DNA of 57,003 bases from Bacteroidales bacterium (GTDB lineage Bacteria; Bacteroidota; Bacteroidia; Bacteroidales; JAIPAH01): contig JASMTJ010000531.1 in the NCBI GenBank assembly GCA_041694335.1, forward strand, positions 1 to 57,003, read 5' to 3'. The notes under the pieces are model-generated. The model had not been told where the DNA came from and searched no databases. It saw nothing but the letters and a program-made list of their open reading frames with translations. Positions 55,665 through 57,003 of the stretch are shown here, one piece after another. Each line of letters begins with the position of its first letter. The stretch's first letter is position 1. Position numbers and translations under genes: made by a program.

Positions 55665-55909
55665 AATGATTGTTTTGGGCAAAAATATAAAATCCTTTCG
55701 TTCGAAAATATGAGGTATAAGGTCAAATTAAAATACGATAAAAAGATTGACATAAAGCATGAAAAGTGTAAAATGTAATTATTTTTCAGAGTGCGTAAAG
55801 AATAAATCGAATAAACGAGAGTAAGTCGCAAAAATAAAAAATCACGTTTAGAAATTGAAAGATTGTTAGTAAAATCAAAGCCTTGGTGCTTTAAAAGTGT
55901 GATTTCAGC

Positions 55910-56137
55910 TGTTGATAAACCTTTTTGAGTTGTTAAGAATAAACCGTTGATATACTGGATTTAAAAATTAAATCTTAGTAAATTATTTGTTAAGTTAATC
56001 GGGCTTTCACCAATTAGCAATGCTTTTGGAGGTTCAAAAAAAATCGAAAAAAATCCCGGGAAAGGTTTTCAGAATTTTATTGGTTTAGCTTCAAGAAGTT
56101 AAAATTGGTTGTTGATAAAAGTAGAGATAGTTGATAA
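55910..56137 (+). repeat. Four same-orientation copies of GTTGATA(A/T)A in the AT-rich nrdJ upstream region
   Basis: TGTTGATAAA at 55910-55919 and 56109-56118, GTTGATAAA at 56129-56137, GTTGATATA at 55946-55954. Confidence 0.6.
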
Positions 56138-56219
56138 AGAATTTCCTCTATCTATGCTTAAATTCGCAAGAGAATTATTTATTGAATTTATCATTTTAAC
56201 ATAAAAACCATCAAACTTT

Positions 56220-57003
56220 ATGGATAACAATCAAACTCCCCAAAAGGTAGAGAGTAAGAAAGAGCATGGCATTTATTCGGAGGTGGCCGCCCAAAGGAAG
56301 CGCCCGGAAATTGAAACGAACAAAGAACTCACTCCATACAGCAATGAGGTGGTGTTGGAAGCAGCTACAGAATACTTCAATGGCGACTCATTGGCTGCTA
56401 ATGTATGGATGAACAAATACGCGTTGAAAGACAGCGATGGTAATATCTATGAAAAGACCCCGGATCAGATGCATCGCCGCATTGCTTCTGAGATTGCCCG
56501 TATTGAAAAGAAATATCCTAACCCAATGCCTGAAGAGGAGATCTATGAGGTTTTGAAGGGTTTTAATCATATCGTGCCGCAGGGAAGCCCAATGGCCGGA
56601 ATCGGAAATCCATTCCAGGTGTCCAGCCTGTCGAACTGTTTTGTGATCGGTAATCATGAAAACAGTTCTGACTCTTACGGAGGGATAATGAAAGTGGATC
56701 AGGAACAGGTTCAGCTGATGAAACGCAGGGGAGGCGTTGGTCACGACCTTTCTAATATTCGCCCGAAAGGCAGTGCGGTGAAGAACTCAGCTCTTACTTC
56801 CACCGGGATTGTTCCATTCATGGAGCGCTATTCTAACTCCACCCGCGAAGTGGCACAGGATGGCCGCCGTGGTGCTCTGATGTTGACTATATCCATAAAG
56901 CACCCCGATTCAGAAGACTTTATTGACGCCAAGATGTCGAAGGATAAAGTAACCGGCGCCAATGTTTCCGTTAAGATTGATAATGAATTTATGGAAGCGG
57001 TGG
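56220..57003 (+). CDS. nrdJ: Ribonucleotide reductase, probably adenosylcobalamin-dependent class II; N-terminal 261 codons only because the gene runs off the right edge
   Basis: Manual translation gives MDNNQTPQKV...EYFNGDSLAANVWMNKYALKDSDGNIYEKTPDQMHRRIASEIARIE...LSNCFVIG...RRGGVGHDLSNIRPKGSAV...GRRGALMLTISIKHPD. Not in the ORF track because it is open-ended. Confidence 0.75.
   Translation, partial: MDNNQTPQKVESKKEHGIYSEVAAQRKRPEIETNKELTPYSNEVVLEAATEYFNGDSLAANVWMNKYALKDSDGNIYEKTPDQMHRRIASEIARIEKKYPNPMPEEEIYEVLKGFNHIVPQGSPMAGIGNPFQVSSLSNCFVIGNHENSSDSYGGIMKVDQEQVQLMKRRGGVGHDLSNIRPKGSAVKNSALTSTGIVPFMERYSNSTREVAQDGRRGALMLTISIKHPDSEDFIDAKMSKDKVTGANVSVKIDNEFMEAV

Noticed and set aside
55683-56219. 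Cobalamin riboswitch or NrdR boxes in front of the RNR gene
   Set aside because: Reading by eye, I found no B12-box-like GCCACTG core, no extended GC-rich helices and no 16-bp NrdR-type palindrome. A covariance-model scan would be needed for certainty.
1-57003. CRISPR arrays, rRNA genes, prophage or recognisable anti-phage defence operons
   Set aside because: I saw no regularly spaced repeats and no cas, restriction, toxin-antitoxin, nuclease-helicase or phage structural gene signatures in any frame. Almost every ORF has a plausible housekeeping or envelope assignment.

Overview
This 57 kb window looks like a chromosomal, mostly housekeeping segment of a Bacteroidota genome. All calls come from reading the supplied translations and the DNA by eye; no searches were run. 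Evidence for the phylum: the gliding genes gldE and gldD sit in the classical mutY-ssb-gldE-gldD order, three proteins carry T9SS C-terminal sorting domains, TAnnTTTG -7 promoter boxes lie 15-40 nt upstream of many starts, and there is a tiny bS22-type ribosomal protein gene. I call about 57 protein genes, 2 tRNAs (CAU and Ser-GGA), one decayed transposase pseudogene and several intrinsic terminators. The protein genes include lysS, trpS, asnS, rpoN, recO, mutY, ssb, hflX, lnt, rng, dusB, corA, an aroG/chorismate mutase fusion, ansA, a partial nrdJ, a MacAB-type ABC efflux operon and an ExbB/ExbD set. No CRISPR array, integrase, phage module or recognisable defence system is visible. Five places deserve a second look. 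(1) At the left edge, an exported PBP-like / TM / GcvH-like fusion protein heads a HybA(NrfC)-NrfD redox module. (2) A six-gene envelope cluster at 12.2-15.8 kb encodes two CxxCH lipoproteins, an OB-fold protein, YceI, a DUF5777-like barrel and a rhodanese-like protein with its catalytic Cys replaced and a Cys-rich tail. (3) Three correctly oriented TGGCAC-N5-YTGA elements lie upstream of envelope operons, in a window that also encodes RpoN and an orphan sigma-54 activator. (4) A RAYT/IS200-like pseudogene carries a premature stop, two frameshifts and a 3' truncation. (5) A 540 bp AT-rich region with GTTGATAAA repeats lies upstream of nrdJ. None of these is proven to be a new system, and each finding states what would refute it.
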